64,000 nt of DNA, taken from positions 507,842,001 through 507,906,000 of the forward strand of contig JBNRSN020000003.1 in NCBI GenBank assembly GCA_051313645.2, in the 5' to 3' direction. The first letter of the stretch is position 1, and the number at the start of each line of letters is the position of its first letter. The notes under the pieces were generated by a model that saw only the letters and a program-made list of their open reading frames with translations, was not told the origin of the DNA and made no database searches. Positions 24,228 to 37,943 of this stretch are shown piece by piece. A program made the position numbers and the translations under genes. Source of the stretch: Centroscyllium fabricii (lineage: Eukaryota).

Positions 24228-25172
24228 GTGGCCACAGTATCTGAGAAGTCTCGGATTATGGATCTAGAAAAGGATCTTGTGTCACGCACGAAGGAGGTCT
24301 CGGAGCTTCGACATAGACTCATAAGCACTGAAGGTTCAGGTGGTATGGACAGTACCTCACCTCTATTGGAAGAAATCAACTGTATGCGCGATAAACTTGC
24401 AACAATGAGCAAAGAACATCAAAATGAACTTAATACATTGAAAGAAAAACTTGAAACCTCAGAAAAAGCCCACCAAAAGGTACTTCAACAACTGCAAGCT
24501 GCCAGTGAAAAAATATCCAAGGAGAATGAGACTCTTAAGTCCAAATTGGATCAAGCCAATATTGAAAATGTGGATGTTATTAGCCTATGGAAATGTAAGC
24601 TGGAGTCTGCAATTGAATCTCATCAGCAAGCCATGGAAGAACTCAAGTTATCTTTCAGTAAAGGAGCAGGTCCCCAAACTACAGAGCTTCTAGAACTGAA
24701 GAGTACATTTGAAAAGCTTAAAGCAGAGCATCAAATGGAACTTGAGAATATCAAAATTAAGCAAGATTTCGAAAAGTCTGCCTACGTAAAAGAGACTGAA
24801 GATCTAAAATCTCGACTATTAGCAGTCACTGCAGATAAGGAAAAAGATATAGAAATTCTCAAGTCTCAACTGGAATCTGTTACAAATCAACACCTGGTAG
24901 AGATGGAAGAGACCTTGACAAAGCTACAGGACACTAAGCTGAAGGTAAAGGAACTGCAGGTGTTGCAGGTTAAGAGCAATGAACAGGCACAAATTGTAGA
25001 GGCCCTAACAGCTAAAGTGACAGCAGCTGAGCAGAAGGTGATGGGATATGAATTGCTGCAAGAAGTTGAGGCACAAGGTAAAGAGGAAATCAAAAGACTT
25101 GAAGGGAAGCTTGTGGCCATTGAGTCACAAATGAAAATTAGTGACGCTTTAACACTTTCTGAAGGTAGCAAG
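24228..25172 (+). CDS. CLIP1: CLIP1 large coiled-coil exon, VATVSEKSRIMDLEKDL...SEGSK (315 aa)
   Basis: tatag|GTG ... AAG|gtttgt; 945 nt, phase 0-0. Corresponds to ORF 24228..25235; matches VATVSEKSRIM, WKxKLExAIxSHQQAMEELK and QHLVEMEETL of CLIP1. Confidence 0.95.
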
Positions 25173-27448
25173 GTTTGTATCTATTTTTCCATCATTTTAT
25201 TTTACGGCCATTTTTATCCCCTTTTCAAGTTTTGATTTGGTTTATTAAATGAGTTTTTTAATCGAAAAGCATCCATAAAAATAACTATCAGGGCAATAGA
25301 AATATGTGGTAAATTTTTTGGTTAAATATTTAGAATTTTGTGAAATTTGAAAGACGTTTCCTTACAAATAAAAACTATAAATGTACATTACCTTTTAAAA
25401 ATAAAGGCATAATACAAATGCTAACCTTTTATTTAGTTTGATTCATGAGTTTTTAATTCATTAAAAAGCCTTGCAGTTTTTGCAATGTAAATTTGTGATT
25501 TTAAGAATCCAGATATTTTTTCTTTTCTGTCAGTGAATATGATGCTCATTTAGTCTGTAGGAATAGACGTTTTTGACAAATTAGTCTCTGACTTCAGTTG
25601 GGCATAAAATTGCAAGAGGTCATAAAATTGCAAGAGGTCATATTTGTCCCATTTTTATTATAAGGCTGTTAAATTGAGGAATTTGTGTGTGGGGGTGGGG
25701 GGGGGGGGGGGGAGAAATAAAAGTGATTTCTCAAATCTCCAAGAACAAAATAATATCCACATGTTTCTACAGTCTTTGGTTATCATGTATAACATGTAGC
25801 GTTGGCATTGAAATTGGGAGTCAGGATCATTCCTAGTACATTTTTGTATGTGGTGTGCATAGCAGAGGCATATTTGTCCAGAATAAGGATAGTGTAGGAA
25901 TAATATGACACAATTGTTATTCCATGAAGTGTTTCTGTATTCACAAAAATACTCTTATGTAGGCTGTGCCCTCTACCTTTTTTAATTAAGGAATATTATG
26001 TTAAACATTGAAATTGTCATGCAGTATTCCAATATGGGGAATGTGTGTACTTGCAGATAGTTCTAGGTGTGTTACTGGTGTTAAAATTTAGACAAAACAT
26101 TGAAACCCGCCTATGTTCATGTGCCTGTAACAACTTACTTGTCATCTCTAAGTTCAGAAACTGCATTATCTCTTTCCTACATAAGACTGCTTATTTAGAT
26201 AGCTGAGAGTTTTGCATGTATCTATGGTAAATGTAAACAATTCCAAAATTCTCAACAATTACATTACTGCAATATGGACACTTACAAATGCATAGCCATT
26301 ACACATCCTTTAGTTATAGCAATTTTTGAATACCTAAGTTTGAATTTGAACTGTGATTCAAAAATATAATCTAAATGAGATAGAGTTCCCATAAACGACT
26401 TCCCTGTTAAATATGCATCCAGTTACATATCAGCACATCATTGTGAAAGATAATAAATGAATATTGAATCCATAGTTTTATACAAACTATACTAAAAATA
26501 TTGTACATTTCCGTGTCTATTTTGTAATTCTTACTGAAAAAGAACTAAACTACTGCATCATGTCGATATTGGTTCAACAGCAGAACTGCTAGTTACTTGT
26601 CTAATTTATTTTCCATGGAGTAACACCATCCAATTCTTCATTCATTAGAATATAGATATATAAATATTTCAGTTAGTTTTAATTTTCCTAAGAGGATCTC
26701 TAAATTGGGAGGAGTAAGCTGCTGATTTGAGTTGTATTCAGTAATGGGGTAAAATATAATGGATCCACTTGTGCTATGTGTTAGACTCTGACTCTCTCTT
26801 CATTGCCAAATTGTTGCATGGCATATGTTTGCCTGTAATGTATTGATTTATCCACATTTCCATTTTGTTGATTTTGATTAAAATTAAAATACAAATTTCT
26901 GCTTGTTACATCTATATTAGTTTTTGCTGCTAAACCAAAGCTGCATTATTCAAGATGAACGTTGTGTTTGACCTTTAGTAAGAAACCAGTTATTTTATGG
27001 GAAGAATGTTTAAATACAGCAAGCTTCAGAGAAAATGGTCTTGAACATTTATTTAGCATTTCTTACTTTCTTTATGTTGACCAGCTTACATCATTCTTGA
27101 ATGGTGGTGTCGAATCTAACCAACCTACCTGAGTTATTACTGATGTTGCAGAGCCTGAGAAACTGAAATTTGCAATAAATGATAAATCATTTGGAACAGT
27201 TTAGTATATTCATAGGTAAACCATATATAAACGTGCATCTGTTTTTATTCTGGTCATATACCTTTGTCTTGTTCGAACAACTCAAATTGGACTTGGTACT
27301 AAAACTTCAGTGAATTATTTTGGATATTGCAGCTTTAAATTTGTATTTTATCACTTTTCAGTTTATTCCTGATTTTTATTGTTTCAGCACATTCATCCCT
27401 TTTACCTCTATTTTTATTTTTGCAATGAATTTGCATGCTTGTTATTAG

Positions 27449-27553
27449 GCCAAACAACTTGAGGAACGAAATCAGTCAGTTGCTAATCTGGAGCAAAGCT
27501 TGGCTGTAGTGAGCCAGGATAAGCAAACTTTGGAGCAGCAACTGCATTCCATG
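27449..27553 (+). CDS. CLIP1: CLIP1 coding exon, AKQLEERNQSVANLEQSLAVVSQDKQTLEQQLHSM
   Basis: attag|GCC ... ATG|gtaagt; 105 nt, phase 0-0; similar to human [21 protein letters not shown]. Confidence 0.88.
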
Positions 27554-28295
27554 GTAAGTGGCCCACTGCACTTCATCTTCTGTGTCAAAAAATCAGTTTG
27601 AAGCAAGAATGAGACACTACATAAGGTAGGTGTCAGTTTTTCTGTCAACCTTCTCAAATGTGGATATTTGTCAAGGGAACAACTACAACTGTTAGTTTCT
27701 GGTCAAATAATTAAGAGAACAATCAATCCTTGTTGGTAGTTATGGTGGCGCTTATTGAGGACGCGCAGAGAATCGCCATCATCTACAAGATAATGCCTAT
27801 AGTTCAATAATTATTGTTTTGCATCCTTGTTTACCAGTATTTGAGAATAGGGTAAATTGAGTAAAATTTGACCCTGATTTTTTTTAATCCTACGTCTGCT
27901 TCAAGAATTTGATCTGGTTCTGTCCCATGTTGTAAATGAAAAGCAGTAACAATATTTCAGTTTGAACAGTAACTTATTAGAGAAAGTATGTTGTCAAGAT
28001 GGATGTAAATAAGACTCCTTGGATCTGAAACCTAAGGTCTTTAGTGATGCCAAAATAGGAATAAATAGAATTAAAGGAATAAATAGAATTAAAGGTTATC
28101 AAAATGTATTTTGTGATTATGACAACATGCATATTTTAAGTATTACTGTATGAAATAACTTTTACACCGTAGTAAATTTCTGTTTTTTAAAATCTATCTT
28201 ATAATCTTGAGCAACGATGGACTACCATTAATTTATTGGCCTGGGATAAAATGACTTTTGAAATTTTTTTAAATATGTGGTTTGCTCACTTTCAG

Positions 28296-28353
28296 AAAGA
28301 AAAGCTTGACAACACCTCAGAGACACAGCAGAAACTGCAGCAGACTATACTAG
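28296..28353 (+). CDS. CLIP1: CLIP1 coding exon, KEKLDNTSETQQKLQQTIL(E)
   Basis: ttcag|AAA ... G|gtaaat; 58 nt, phase 0 to 1; positional match to human [20 protein letters not shown]. Confidence 0.88.
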
Positions 28354-28384
28354 GTAAATTAAACTTGTTTAAAGGAGAAAATTG

Positions 28385-29605
28385 TGAAGGGCTTCCCTGA
28401 TTGAATTTGTTAAGGTACTGCATAAGAGATTTATGGCTCAGATTATGGTGCGTGGAATTAAAGGGAATGTGGCCACATGGATAAAGAGATGGTTGGAGGG
28501 CAGAAAGTGAACAGTCAGGTTAAATGGAAGTTTCTCAGACTGGAAAGATGCGGAGAGTGGCATTCCACTGGGGTCTGCGTTGAGGCTGCTCTACCATATA
28601 CAGAATACTTGGACTTGGGAGTTAAGGGAACACTGTCAAAATTGCCAATGACACCAGATTGGGGGTATGTCATATTGAGATGAAGATCGTGAAAGACTGC
28701 AGGTCGACGTATGGTAGCAGGATGGGCAGGTAGGTGGTAAATGAAGTTCAAGGTAGAAAATGTGAAATTCATTTTGGAAGTAAGAATAGGGTAAGGAAAT
28801 GTACCAATGGGTGAGTAGAGGGACCTTGATATAGAAACTAGGAGCAGGAGTAGGCCATTCAGCCCTTCGAGCCTGCTCTACCATTCAATGAGATCATGGC
28901 TGATCATCCAAACCCAGTACCCTGTCCCTGCCTTGTCCCCATATCCCTATCGAGCCTGTACTGACACATATCCCACCCTATCCCCGTATGCAGTTACATA
29001 GGTAAATAAGGGATGGCAGCATGATAAGGCCACTAAAGTGAAAATGGAATCATTGAGTTGTATGTAGAGCTATAGAATACAAATACACGGAGGTAATGTT
29101 GAACTTTCCAAGATCTTAGTTCGGCTGGTGTTGGAATATTGTTTGCAGTTTTGGACACCCCGTTATAGGAAAACAATAAAGGCAATAGAAAAGGCGCAGC
29201 GTAGATTCACTAGGATGTTACCAGGGACGAGCAGTTACAGATATTAAGAGAGACTTAAGAAATTAGTGCTTTTTCACAAGAGCTGAGAAGGTTACTTAAT
29301 AAAGGTTTCACAATTATGAAGGGCTGTGATAATGTTGTTTCTATGGTCAGTGAGACAGTAACAGGAGGGCACACACAAAAACTTACTTACACAAGAGGGC
29401 GGTGAGAATGTGGAATTCTGCACCACAAATCATTGTTGAAGTAGAGTCTATAAATTCTTTTAAAAGGAAATTAGCTAGTGGCTTGAAAAGGAGGAATATT
29501 TAAAAGCTATGGTGAGCGAGCAGGAAAATGGGATTAGACTGCGTAGCTTTTGTGGAGAAAAACAATGACACAAACTTGATGGGTCATATTGCTTGTTTCT
29601 GTGAT
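28385..29605 (+). mobile_element. Decayed CR1 LINE with a younger SINE/CR1 tail inserted antisense at about 28830-28987
   Basis: Decayed LEYCLQFW/RFTRM-like sequence; the insert matches the HE1 3' part. Confidence 0.75.
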
Positions 29606-30002
29606 GCTATGTTATGGAGCAGAAAATAGACAAGATACCAGTTGCTGATCACTATCCAGTGACTGCATGCTAGAATGTGTGGCCATTTGGATCAGGTTTG
29701 CCTGAGAATCTGGATGTGACCCTTATAATTGACTAGCCTGCTGACCCTCGTTGTGTAGGCTCACACCTGAAGGTGATCAGTTGAGTGAGTTACCAGCGCC
29801 CAAGGAACCGTCCTCCAGCATGAGTAACGACCGTGGAAATCTGGTGTAGTTAATTTGTACAGATATCATTGGATGCTTTTGGAAGGGTAATAGTTATTCC
29901 TCAACCTTTTGGGCAAAATTAATATTGAAAAATGTGTTTGAAAATTTTATCCCATGTTCTTTTGCATATTAAAATATTTTAATGTTCCATTTTCATAATT
30001 AG

Positions 30003-30086
30003 AAACACTTTCAGAACTCAATGTGAAAGAGGAGGGAAACATTTCACTTTCGTCTGAGTTAGAGGAGCTAAAATCTCAGCTTTCTG
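30003..30086 (+). CDS. CLIP1: CLIP1 coding exon, (E)TLSELNVKEEGNISLSSELEELKSQLS(A)
   Basis: attag|AA ... G|gtgagt; 84 nt, phase 1-1; similar to human [28 protein letters not shown]. Confidence 0.88.
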
Positions 30087-30354
30087 GTGAGTAATTTGTG
30101 AAGTACTTAACCATGTGTCTAAATAATTGAACACCCTAAGTTAGTGTCGGATTAATCACCCAACCTGACTGTCAGTTGAAGCTGAGATGTCAAAGTGAAG
30201 CCTCTGAACAGCCCACCATGCTATGGGTGGTACTGTTGGGTGACTTGACATTGGTCCCATCTTAATGTTATTTGTCTCCCTTCATCTTTGTTTTCTTTGA
30301 CAAATAGGACTGGCAAGCCTCTGAGCGCTTTACAGGGCAGAAGGCAAAAATAAA

Positions 30355-30760
30355 TTCTGAGGAGGAGCGAGAGGGGAAATGGAAAGATTCAGAGAGGAGG
30401 CATGTTTAGGATGTTTTTGAAAACTGAGTAGGAGATGGTAAGGTGGAGGGAGGTCCAGAGGGTAGGAGCATAGTGACTTACAGAGGCCACCAGGGAGTAA
30501 GACAGTGTCAGAAGAGCCAGACGGTATATGTGGGTTGTGTAGCTGGAAGAGATCACTGAGATAGGGCGGGATAAAGCATTGAAGGATTTTAAAGCAAGCA
30601 AGAGAATTTATCAATCCACCCAGGCGTAGGGAGCCAGAAGAGCTTAGCAAAGACTGGTGTGATAGTAACATGGGACTTAGTGTGGGTTGTGGCATTCTGA
30701 GTGAGCTAGAGCTTGTGGAGGCAGTGAGACTGCCAAGGAGAAGCAGAAGTTGAACCTTTC
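30355..30760 (-). mobile_element. Old L2 fragment
   Basis: ORF 30330..30695 contains PPYLSDLFQ; resembles the other L2 copies in the window. Confidence 0.55.
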
Positions 30761-31292
30761 CTGTGAGACTTTGTCAAAAGCTTTCTGAAAGTCAAAATAA
30801 ACGAGTTCTATTATCTATTTGATCTGTAACGTCCTCGGAGAAGTACAGGAGGTTTTTTAGGCAGGATCTCCTTCTAAGTCGTGATTGCTGTTACAAAATA
30901 TTGAATTGAATTGAATTAAATTAAAGGGACAGACTTACAAAGTGAATAAATGAATAAAATTAAACCACAGTGCACATATATTCATTCAACCTCCAACATA
31001 TAAAGAATTTGCACTATACCAAAACTGCTCAAAAGTTTAATAATGTAAAATAGGCATTTACCCATGGCTAATAACGGCTAACCTGTGTTTGGTCCCAGTA
31101 CGAATACGTGTAACATTTGTGAAAATCTGCCCTGTTAATTTCCAGAAATATTTGTACACTTGTGTTCCTTTCTTCTTGAGATATTTTGATTCTTGAAAGA
31201 TTTTTTATCACTTTTTGTACGACATATTTTACACATTACACATGTTGCTGTTTACATTTGTGTGTGTGTGTGTTGGATTCTGTTTTCATCAG

Positions 31293-31449
31293 CTGTGGAG
31301 AGAAAAATGAAAGTTGAGGAGGAAAAGGCTGAGCAACTAGCTGAGGATAAATCCAAACTTGAGAATACCATCTCCGAGATGATGAAGTCTTCGGGGGATA
31401 ACTCTGCTCAGCTCACAAAAATGAACAAAGAGCTGAAAGACAAAGAAAG
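31293..31449 (+). CDS. CLIP1: CLIP1 coding exon, VERKMKVEEE...MMKSSGDNSAQLTKMNKELKDKER
   Basis: atcag|CT ... AG|gtacct; 157 nt, phase 1 to 2. The SGDNSxQLTKMN motif and the long rod point to CLIP1 rather than the shorter CLIP2. Confidence 0.93.
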
Positions 31450-31899
31450 GTACCTTGCTGAAATTTGATTGTGATTACTATGAATGTTTATTGATGTTGA
31501 GCAAATGATTTATTCTTGACTTGCCAAGTCTGTAAAACTGATTTCTAATGTCCCTTAATAAAAGTTGTTTGTAAAAATGTTTCGAAGCTAGTTCATATCG
31601 CAAAACTTTATTAATTTATATTTTAGTGCCCAGAAGAGAAAACCGTACAATGGAATCATGTTACATGTAGGTTGCAATGGACAAAAATATCATAACCAGA
31701 CTTGTACACACTGTAACAAGACTGACAATGTGAGGGATAAACTTGGGATTTGAGAACAATTTTGCTGATGTTAGGGGTTGCATTTTTTGTATTGTTTCAT
31801 TACTTTTGTGTTTTTTGTCTTTTGTTAGACATTTCTTTTGCTCCTCTATATAGCTGTTTGGCAATTAATCAAATAAAAGCGTTGCTTTTTTGTCTTCAG

Positions 31900-32065
31900 G
31901 AAGCAGGATGAATTACAAGCTCTGTATCGTCAATCCAATGAAAAGATTGCCTGTTTGCAGGAAAATTTGGAGCAAATCACACGTAAAACAGAACAGACCC
32001 AGCAGGAGGAGCTACAGAAACACCAGATTGAGCTTAAAGCAATACTGAAGAACATGACAGATCTG
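31900..32065 (+). CDS. CLIP1: CLIP1 coding exon, KQDELQALYRQSNEKI...KNMTDL
   Basis: ttcag|G ... CTG|gtacga; 166 nt, phase 2 to 0; open coiled-coil frame with EQTQQEE (human EQSQQEA). Confidence 0.9.
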
Positions 32066-32500
32066 GTACGAACAACTATTCAGATGTTCTTTTAGTACCG
32101 GCTTTGAATAAGCTTGAATGTTTCCCAAAAGGTTATAACCTTCTGAAGAGGAAAGTACTGTCTGTGCAGCATTTTAAATGTCTACTCTTAAAAATACAAT
32201 TTAACCAACTTTATTACATTAAAAATGTTGTTCACAGAAACTTATCAACTACTATTTCATGCAGTTATTGTATAATTGTTTTAAATTTATACAGTTCAGA
32301 TTTATCAAGTGTAATGAAAGAGCATCTCAATACTTTGTGAATTAGTGATTAATTTGAATGTGGGATCTTTTGTGTTGGGTAATATTCCACCTCAAATATA
32401 CAGCATTATCAATATCAGAAATTATTTCAGATCTAAATAATCAGACAAATGTATGAAAGAAACAGAACATACTGGCAAATGGCTACCTGATTTTAAGGTT

Positions 32501-33270
32501 CAGGTACACAATCCCTTATCGCAACTCTGAAAACCGAACGTTTTTTCGGAGCGTCACATGACCTGAGTTGTGCCAAAATAACTTAATTTTTTTTCTCAGC
32601 TGGGGATATTGTGCTGTTTTCTGGATCTGAAGTAGCTGGAAATTGGGTATTGTCACCTGTCCCTGCTAGCTAGGATGGTTAGAATCCAAACGCTGAAAGA
32701 TTTCATCCGCTTCCTCCTCCTCAAGGAGCCGAGGTTCATTTTCGCGGCGATGCTGCTGGCCACCGACATCCTAGCTGCCAAGGTGACAGCTGGAGCTGGC
32801 CCGGTGACGGTTGCTAGGGGGAGCGGAAGATTTCTATCGCAACAGTAGCCCGGCTCCGGCCGTGGTTAAACTTTATAGGTGTTTGGGGGTGGTGGGGGGG
32901 AGGGGTGGGGGGGAGGGGGGGGGCAGGAGGAGAGAGAGATTGGTTAAAGAATTAGCAATGTGGCACTGAGGTGGAGAGGGTAACCTGAGGAGGTGCTGCC
33001 ATTCCCAGCGATTGCCCGCTCCGCTTCCCCTCGCCTGCCTGCCACCAGCTGACTGACTGAACTTGAAGCTGCTTCCAGTAGCTTCACCCTACAGCTCACC
33101 TTGTCCCTTGAGACGTTCTTGATCTCCCATTCACTGAACAGTTTCAGTGTGTAATTCAACACAGCAATGCGCATGCATTTTGCGCATGCGCACTGGGCAC
33201 CATTACGAAAACCGAAATTATACGAGACCCGCCTAGTCCCGAGGTTTACAGATAAAGGGTTGTGTACCTG
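32501..33270. mobile_element. Pogo/Tigger-like MITE, TIR CAGGTACACAATCCCTTATC
   Basis: caggtacacaatcccttatc ... gataaagggttgtgtacctg|ta; left TSD reads tt. Confidence 0.8.
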
Positions 33271-33496
33271 TATTACACTTTCTTAACATTTGCAGAAATG
33301 GCATCTTCATTTCCTTCTGTATTGCACTTTTACTTGCTCTGCAAGTTCACATTTTTTTAAGATCCATTCTCTTACATTTAGAAAAGTTATATGCACAGTT
33401 TTAGGTGTCTGAGAAGCTTATGCTGTGGTGTTTTGCTACATTTTCGTGAGGTTGGAAATTGCAAGGGCTGTTCTAATTGTTTGATGATTCGCACAG

Positions 33497-33712
33497 CAAA
33501 GGCAGGTGGAGATGCACAGCGCACACAATAAGGAGCTGCAAAGCAGTCATGAGAAAGTCCTTTCAGAAATAAATGCTAACAATGGTACTCTAGTGAAAGA
33601 GCTCCAGCAGGACCTACAGGAAACCAAGCAAACACTAAAGAGCTCTCAGGAGAATAATAAAGAAAGGGAAAAACTGGTAGAAGAACTGGTGAAGCAAGTG
33701 GAACAGGTCCAG
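33497..33712 (+). CDS. CLIP1: CLIP1 coding exon, QRQVEMHSAHNKELQ...KQVEQVQ (72 aa)
   Basis: cacag|CAA ... CAG|gtattc; 216 nt, the same length as the recalled human segment EKKMETS...QADKAK. An in-frame alternative acceptor is possible at 33506. Confidence 0.88.
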
Positions 33713-33967
33713 GTATTCTTGCAACTTTGGGTGGTTTATAAACAATATTGCATTTTTGAAGTCTGTATGTTTTGCAATGAAATGGTGTCTAACCATTTAC
33801 TTCGCAATGCAGAGAGCCCAGAGGTTGTTGGAGAACTTGTATATGATGTAATTTATTGTCTACTTGTCTGCATCCAAGATGTTGGCTCTTTATTTAAAAT
33901 AAAATCAGTTTTAGTTTAAATTTTGTAGTTTATTTTCTGATTTTGAGACCATGCCTATAGAATGATA

Positions 33968-34828
33968 CATAAGAACATAAGAAATAGGAGCAGGAGTAGG
34001 CCATTTAGCCCCTCGAGCCTGCTCCGCCATTTAATGAGATCATGGCTGACCTGGTTTTGGGCTCGGCTCCATTTCCTTGGCCGCACCCCATAACCCTTCA
34101 CTCGCTTATTGTTCAAAAATCTGTCTATCTCCACCTTAAGTATATTCAATGACCCAGCCTCCACAGCTCTCTCGGGCAGAGAATTCCACAGATTTACGAC
34201 CCTCTGAGAGAAGAAATTCATTCTCATCTCCGTTTTAAATGGGCGACCCCTTATTCTGAAACTATGCCCCCTAGTTCTAGATTCCCCCATGAGTGGAAAC
34301 ATCTCTTTATTTACCTTGTCGATCCCCCTCAGTATTTTATATGTTTAAATAAGATCACCTCTCATTCTTCTAAACTCCAATGAGTATAGGCCCAACCCGC
34401 TCAATCTTTCTTCATAAGTCAACCCCTTCATCTCGGGAATCAACCTCGTGAACCTTCTCTGAACTGCTGCCAATGCAAGTATATCCCTCCTTAAATAAGG
34501 AGACCAAAACTGTATGCAGTACTCTAGGTGTGGTCTCACCAATACCCAGTACAGTTGTAGCAATACTTCCCTACTTTTGTACGCCAACCCCCTTGCAATA
34601 AAGGCCAACATTCCATTTGCCTTCCTCCTTACTTGCTGTACCTGCATGCTAACTTTTTGTTTTTCATGCACAGGGAGGTCTCTCTGTACCACAGCATTTT
34701 GTAATCTTTCTCAATAATCATTTGCTTTTTTTATTTTTCTTACCAAAGTGGATAACCTCACACTTGCCCACATTATACTCCATCTGCCAAATGTTCACCC
34801 ACTCACTAAGCCTGTCTATATCCCTTTG
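33968..34828 (-). mobile_element. CR1 (HER1-like) 3' fragment
   Basis: ORFs 34345..34692 and 33955..34302; (TTCTTATG)n tail. Confidence 0.9.
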
Positions 34829-35702
34829 CTTTCATGATATATATTTACTTGCTGTATCTTAGACACAAATGATTCTGTTTGGGTAGTAAATGGTAAATAT
34901 ACATTGAATTAATCCTGTATTGCACATTTGGCTTTTTGAGGCAACTTCTATTGCACATTCTACACTTAAGATTAAGTGGCTTGTGAATCAGCAGCAAATT
35001 CCGAATATGCCTTGTATCCTACATGAGTTAATAGTTGATAATAGAACTACTGGCTCATGCACTACTATGGCAGTGTCTGGAGTTCAATAATTATCTTAAA
35101 AGAACTGATTTTTAACTACATTCTCAGTACTTAAATGCTGTATTCAGTGAATAAATGCTCACACCATTTGAGACTCGTGGACAAGATGACTTCTTAGGGT
35201 TAGAATAAATGTACCAAAGCGCAGCTAATAAAGGCTGGTGGCAAATATCTGTGACCTGCTCAGTCTTGCCTCTCCCAAATATGCATAGTATCTAACATGA
35301 ATTTGGTTTGTTAGGAAATATAGAACATGTTTTATTTATTTATCTTTCATGACGAGAATAGTAGATGCTACATAAGAATAGCTATTTTTGCTGTTACTTT
35401 GTTTAATATGCTAATTTATGCACATTTTTATTTTAGAGAAACTTGCATTTGTAGCAGCAATAGTAAGACAATTCTTATTAGTTGGCTGTTCATCTGCACC
35501 CTGTGGATTTATTTCTTGCTTTTGTTTTCCATTCATCATGTTTTATAATGTTCCTTTGTGTTTGCTGTGCTCTTGCAGAAAATTAGAAACACTTGTCATT
35601 TGGTACAAGAAAGTCTTCGGGTTCCTCAGCTGATTTTATCAGGAACAAATTCGTGTTCCTTTTTTGCAGAGTTGCCACTCTCCATGATGGCTTTTGGCAA
35701 TA

Positions 35703-36152
35703 CAGGTTGAGCACCGGAAATCCGGCACAGGCGGGACCAGGCCTGTGCCGGGAAAGTGAAAATACCGGCAGAATGAAGTCGGTCAGTGTGCATGCGCGCA
35801 CCATTCAAAATGGCCGTGCGCATGCGCACAACATTGGAAATGGCCGCCGAACGTCCTTGCGGAGTCTCAGCTGCGGTTTGTGCCTCCTGATGACGGCCAG
35901 CAGGCTGCTCCGGGGAACCGCGCGCTTCACCATGGCGGGCGCTCGGGACTCGCACATTCAAAATGCGGCGCGCCCTGATGCCACGGAAGGCCCGGGTTGT
36001 CCGGCAGCCATTTTGAATGATATGCGTTCGGCGCATGCGCAGATCATTCGCTGAAGCCACAATGGCGGCTGCCATTTTGCGCACGCGCAGTGCAGTCGGG
36101 GAAGACTGAAGCTGCCAGCGTTTCGGGTCACGGATTACCGGTGCTCAACCTG
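35703..36152. mobile_element. MITE of the same family as 22677-23174, in opposite orientation
   Basis: ta|caggttgagcaccgg ... ccggtgctcaacctg|ta; its left end is the reverse complement of about 23110-23174. Confidence 0.9.
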
Positions 36153-36944
36153 TATAACAATTTGAACAGGCATAAATTTAGATGGGCCTGTAACGTTATA
36201 AATGCTTGCTTTGGCACACTGTGGTCAAGAAGTAAATTAAAATTATAGACTGATGCTCTACGTCATCATACCATATAGACTCCGTCATTTGGTCGTATTT
36301 TGCTGCGAGCAACGAACGAACGACGACTTGCACTTACCCATAGATTTTTTTATGGGGTATTGCACAGCAAGTTGCTGTTAGCTAAACATCCAAACGGCAC
36401 GGCGCCCTCCACAGAGCATCTGGGACCTGTGAGAACAAGGCAAGCAACAATGGGGGAGAAATTGGGTACCTCTACGCCTCCCGCTATCACCTCCGAAGGG
36501 TGATAACAGGGCACTAACCACTTGCCACCCGGGCCCAGCGAGAATATCGGCTCCCGCTAAATTCAGCGGGAGGTTTGCAGCAGCGGTATGGCGTTGCGCC
36601 CCGATCTCCTTTGCCCGGACATGAACTTCGGTGGTTGAGGTAGGGAAAAAAATAATCAAATGCTCGTTTTTCCCCCCACCTTTCTCTTTTTCCCCCCCCC
36701 CCTCCCGCTCAATCAGCCCGGCACTCTGCTGCAGTGCATCAGGCTGATCGGGCCGGATTGCAGCTGCTGTTGGGGACCAGGTAAGTCGCTTTCCCCTTGC
36801 AGAGCCTGCAGTGATGGCCCTTCCCTTTAAGGGAGGGAAGGAGCCTTCCAACACGGCAGCACTGCACAGCCCATTGTGCAGCGCTGCACACCTACTGCCT
36901 GTTGTGCTCCAGGAAGGAAGTGGAGAGCTTGATTTAGAAATCCT

Positions 36945-37685
36945 GTCCAGTGCCCCAAACACCTCTTCCAGGTGAAACAGCGATTTACTTGTACTTGCAA
37001 TCTAGTATATTGTATTCGCTGTTCACGATGTGGTCTCATCTACATTGGGGAGACCAAACGCAGATTCGGTGACCGCTTTGCGGAACACCTCCGTTCAGTT
37101 AGTGAGGGGGACCCCGGGCTTCCGGTTGCCTGTCACTTTAATTCACCGCTCCATTCCCATTCAGACCTCGCTGTCCTCGGGTTCTTGCATTGTTCCATGG
37201 AAGCTCAGCGTAAACTCAAGGAACAGCATCTCATCTTCGAATTAGGCACTTTACAGCCGTCCGGACTCGATATCGAGTTCAACAACTTCAGATCATAACC
37301 TAGGCCCCTGTTACATTTTTATATATTTTTTATCCACACCTTTGGTTTGTGCCTTTTCCCTTTTTTCTCTCCCACATGGCAGCTGTCTCTCATTCTGCCA
37401 GCGCATTTTACACTTCATCTAGAGCCATCTGTCTCTTTACTTGTCCTATTACTATCTCGTCTCATCTTGAATACTCTTAATGTCTCTTCACTTCCCTTTT
37501 GTTCTTTCATCCCCTCCCCCATTTCCCAGTCTCCAAACTGGCCTTTTAATCTGTTTCATTTCCTGCCTTTATTCTCAGTTCTGATGAAGAGTCACCAACC
37601 TGAAACGTTAACTCTATTTCTCTCTCCACGGACGTTGCCTGGCCTGCTGAGTTCCAGCGTTTTCTGTTATTTTGGATTTCCAGCT
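36945..37685 (+). mobile_element. Penelope-like element 3' part (GIY-YIG endonuclease plus pLTR)
   Basis: ORF 36972: NLVYCIRCSRCGLIYIGETKRRFGDRFAEH...VACHFN...EQHLIFELGTLQPSGLD. Confidence 0.88.
37577..37613 (+). ncRNA. Minimal type I hammerhead ribozyme motif in a Penelope pLTR
   Basis: agtt-CTGATGA-(weak stem II)-GAAAC-GTT-aact; stem I is AGTT/AACT. Confidence 0.65.
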
Positions 37686-37943
37686 GTTCCCCTAGTTTTA
37701 CAGTTTATAAAGAATGAATGTTACACCAAACTTTATGGCAGATTTTTTAGTTTTGCTCGAGCACTGTGATCTAGGTCAGCGCACTTTCATTCCTCCTTAA
37801 ATCTGCTGAGAAATCCAAGGACAGTTTTTTATCTTGTGCTGGAGCAGCACACTTTACCTTTGTATTGTCTTTAATCCATGCTGTTTTCATTTGCCTGCTT
37901 GACTATGTTTTTGTTTTCCTTTCTCCCCACTTAAATTCTGAAG

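Noticed and set aside
25603-25642. 18-bp tandem duplication (a similar one lies at about 28058-28096)
   Set aside because: Ordinary slippage duplications.
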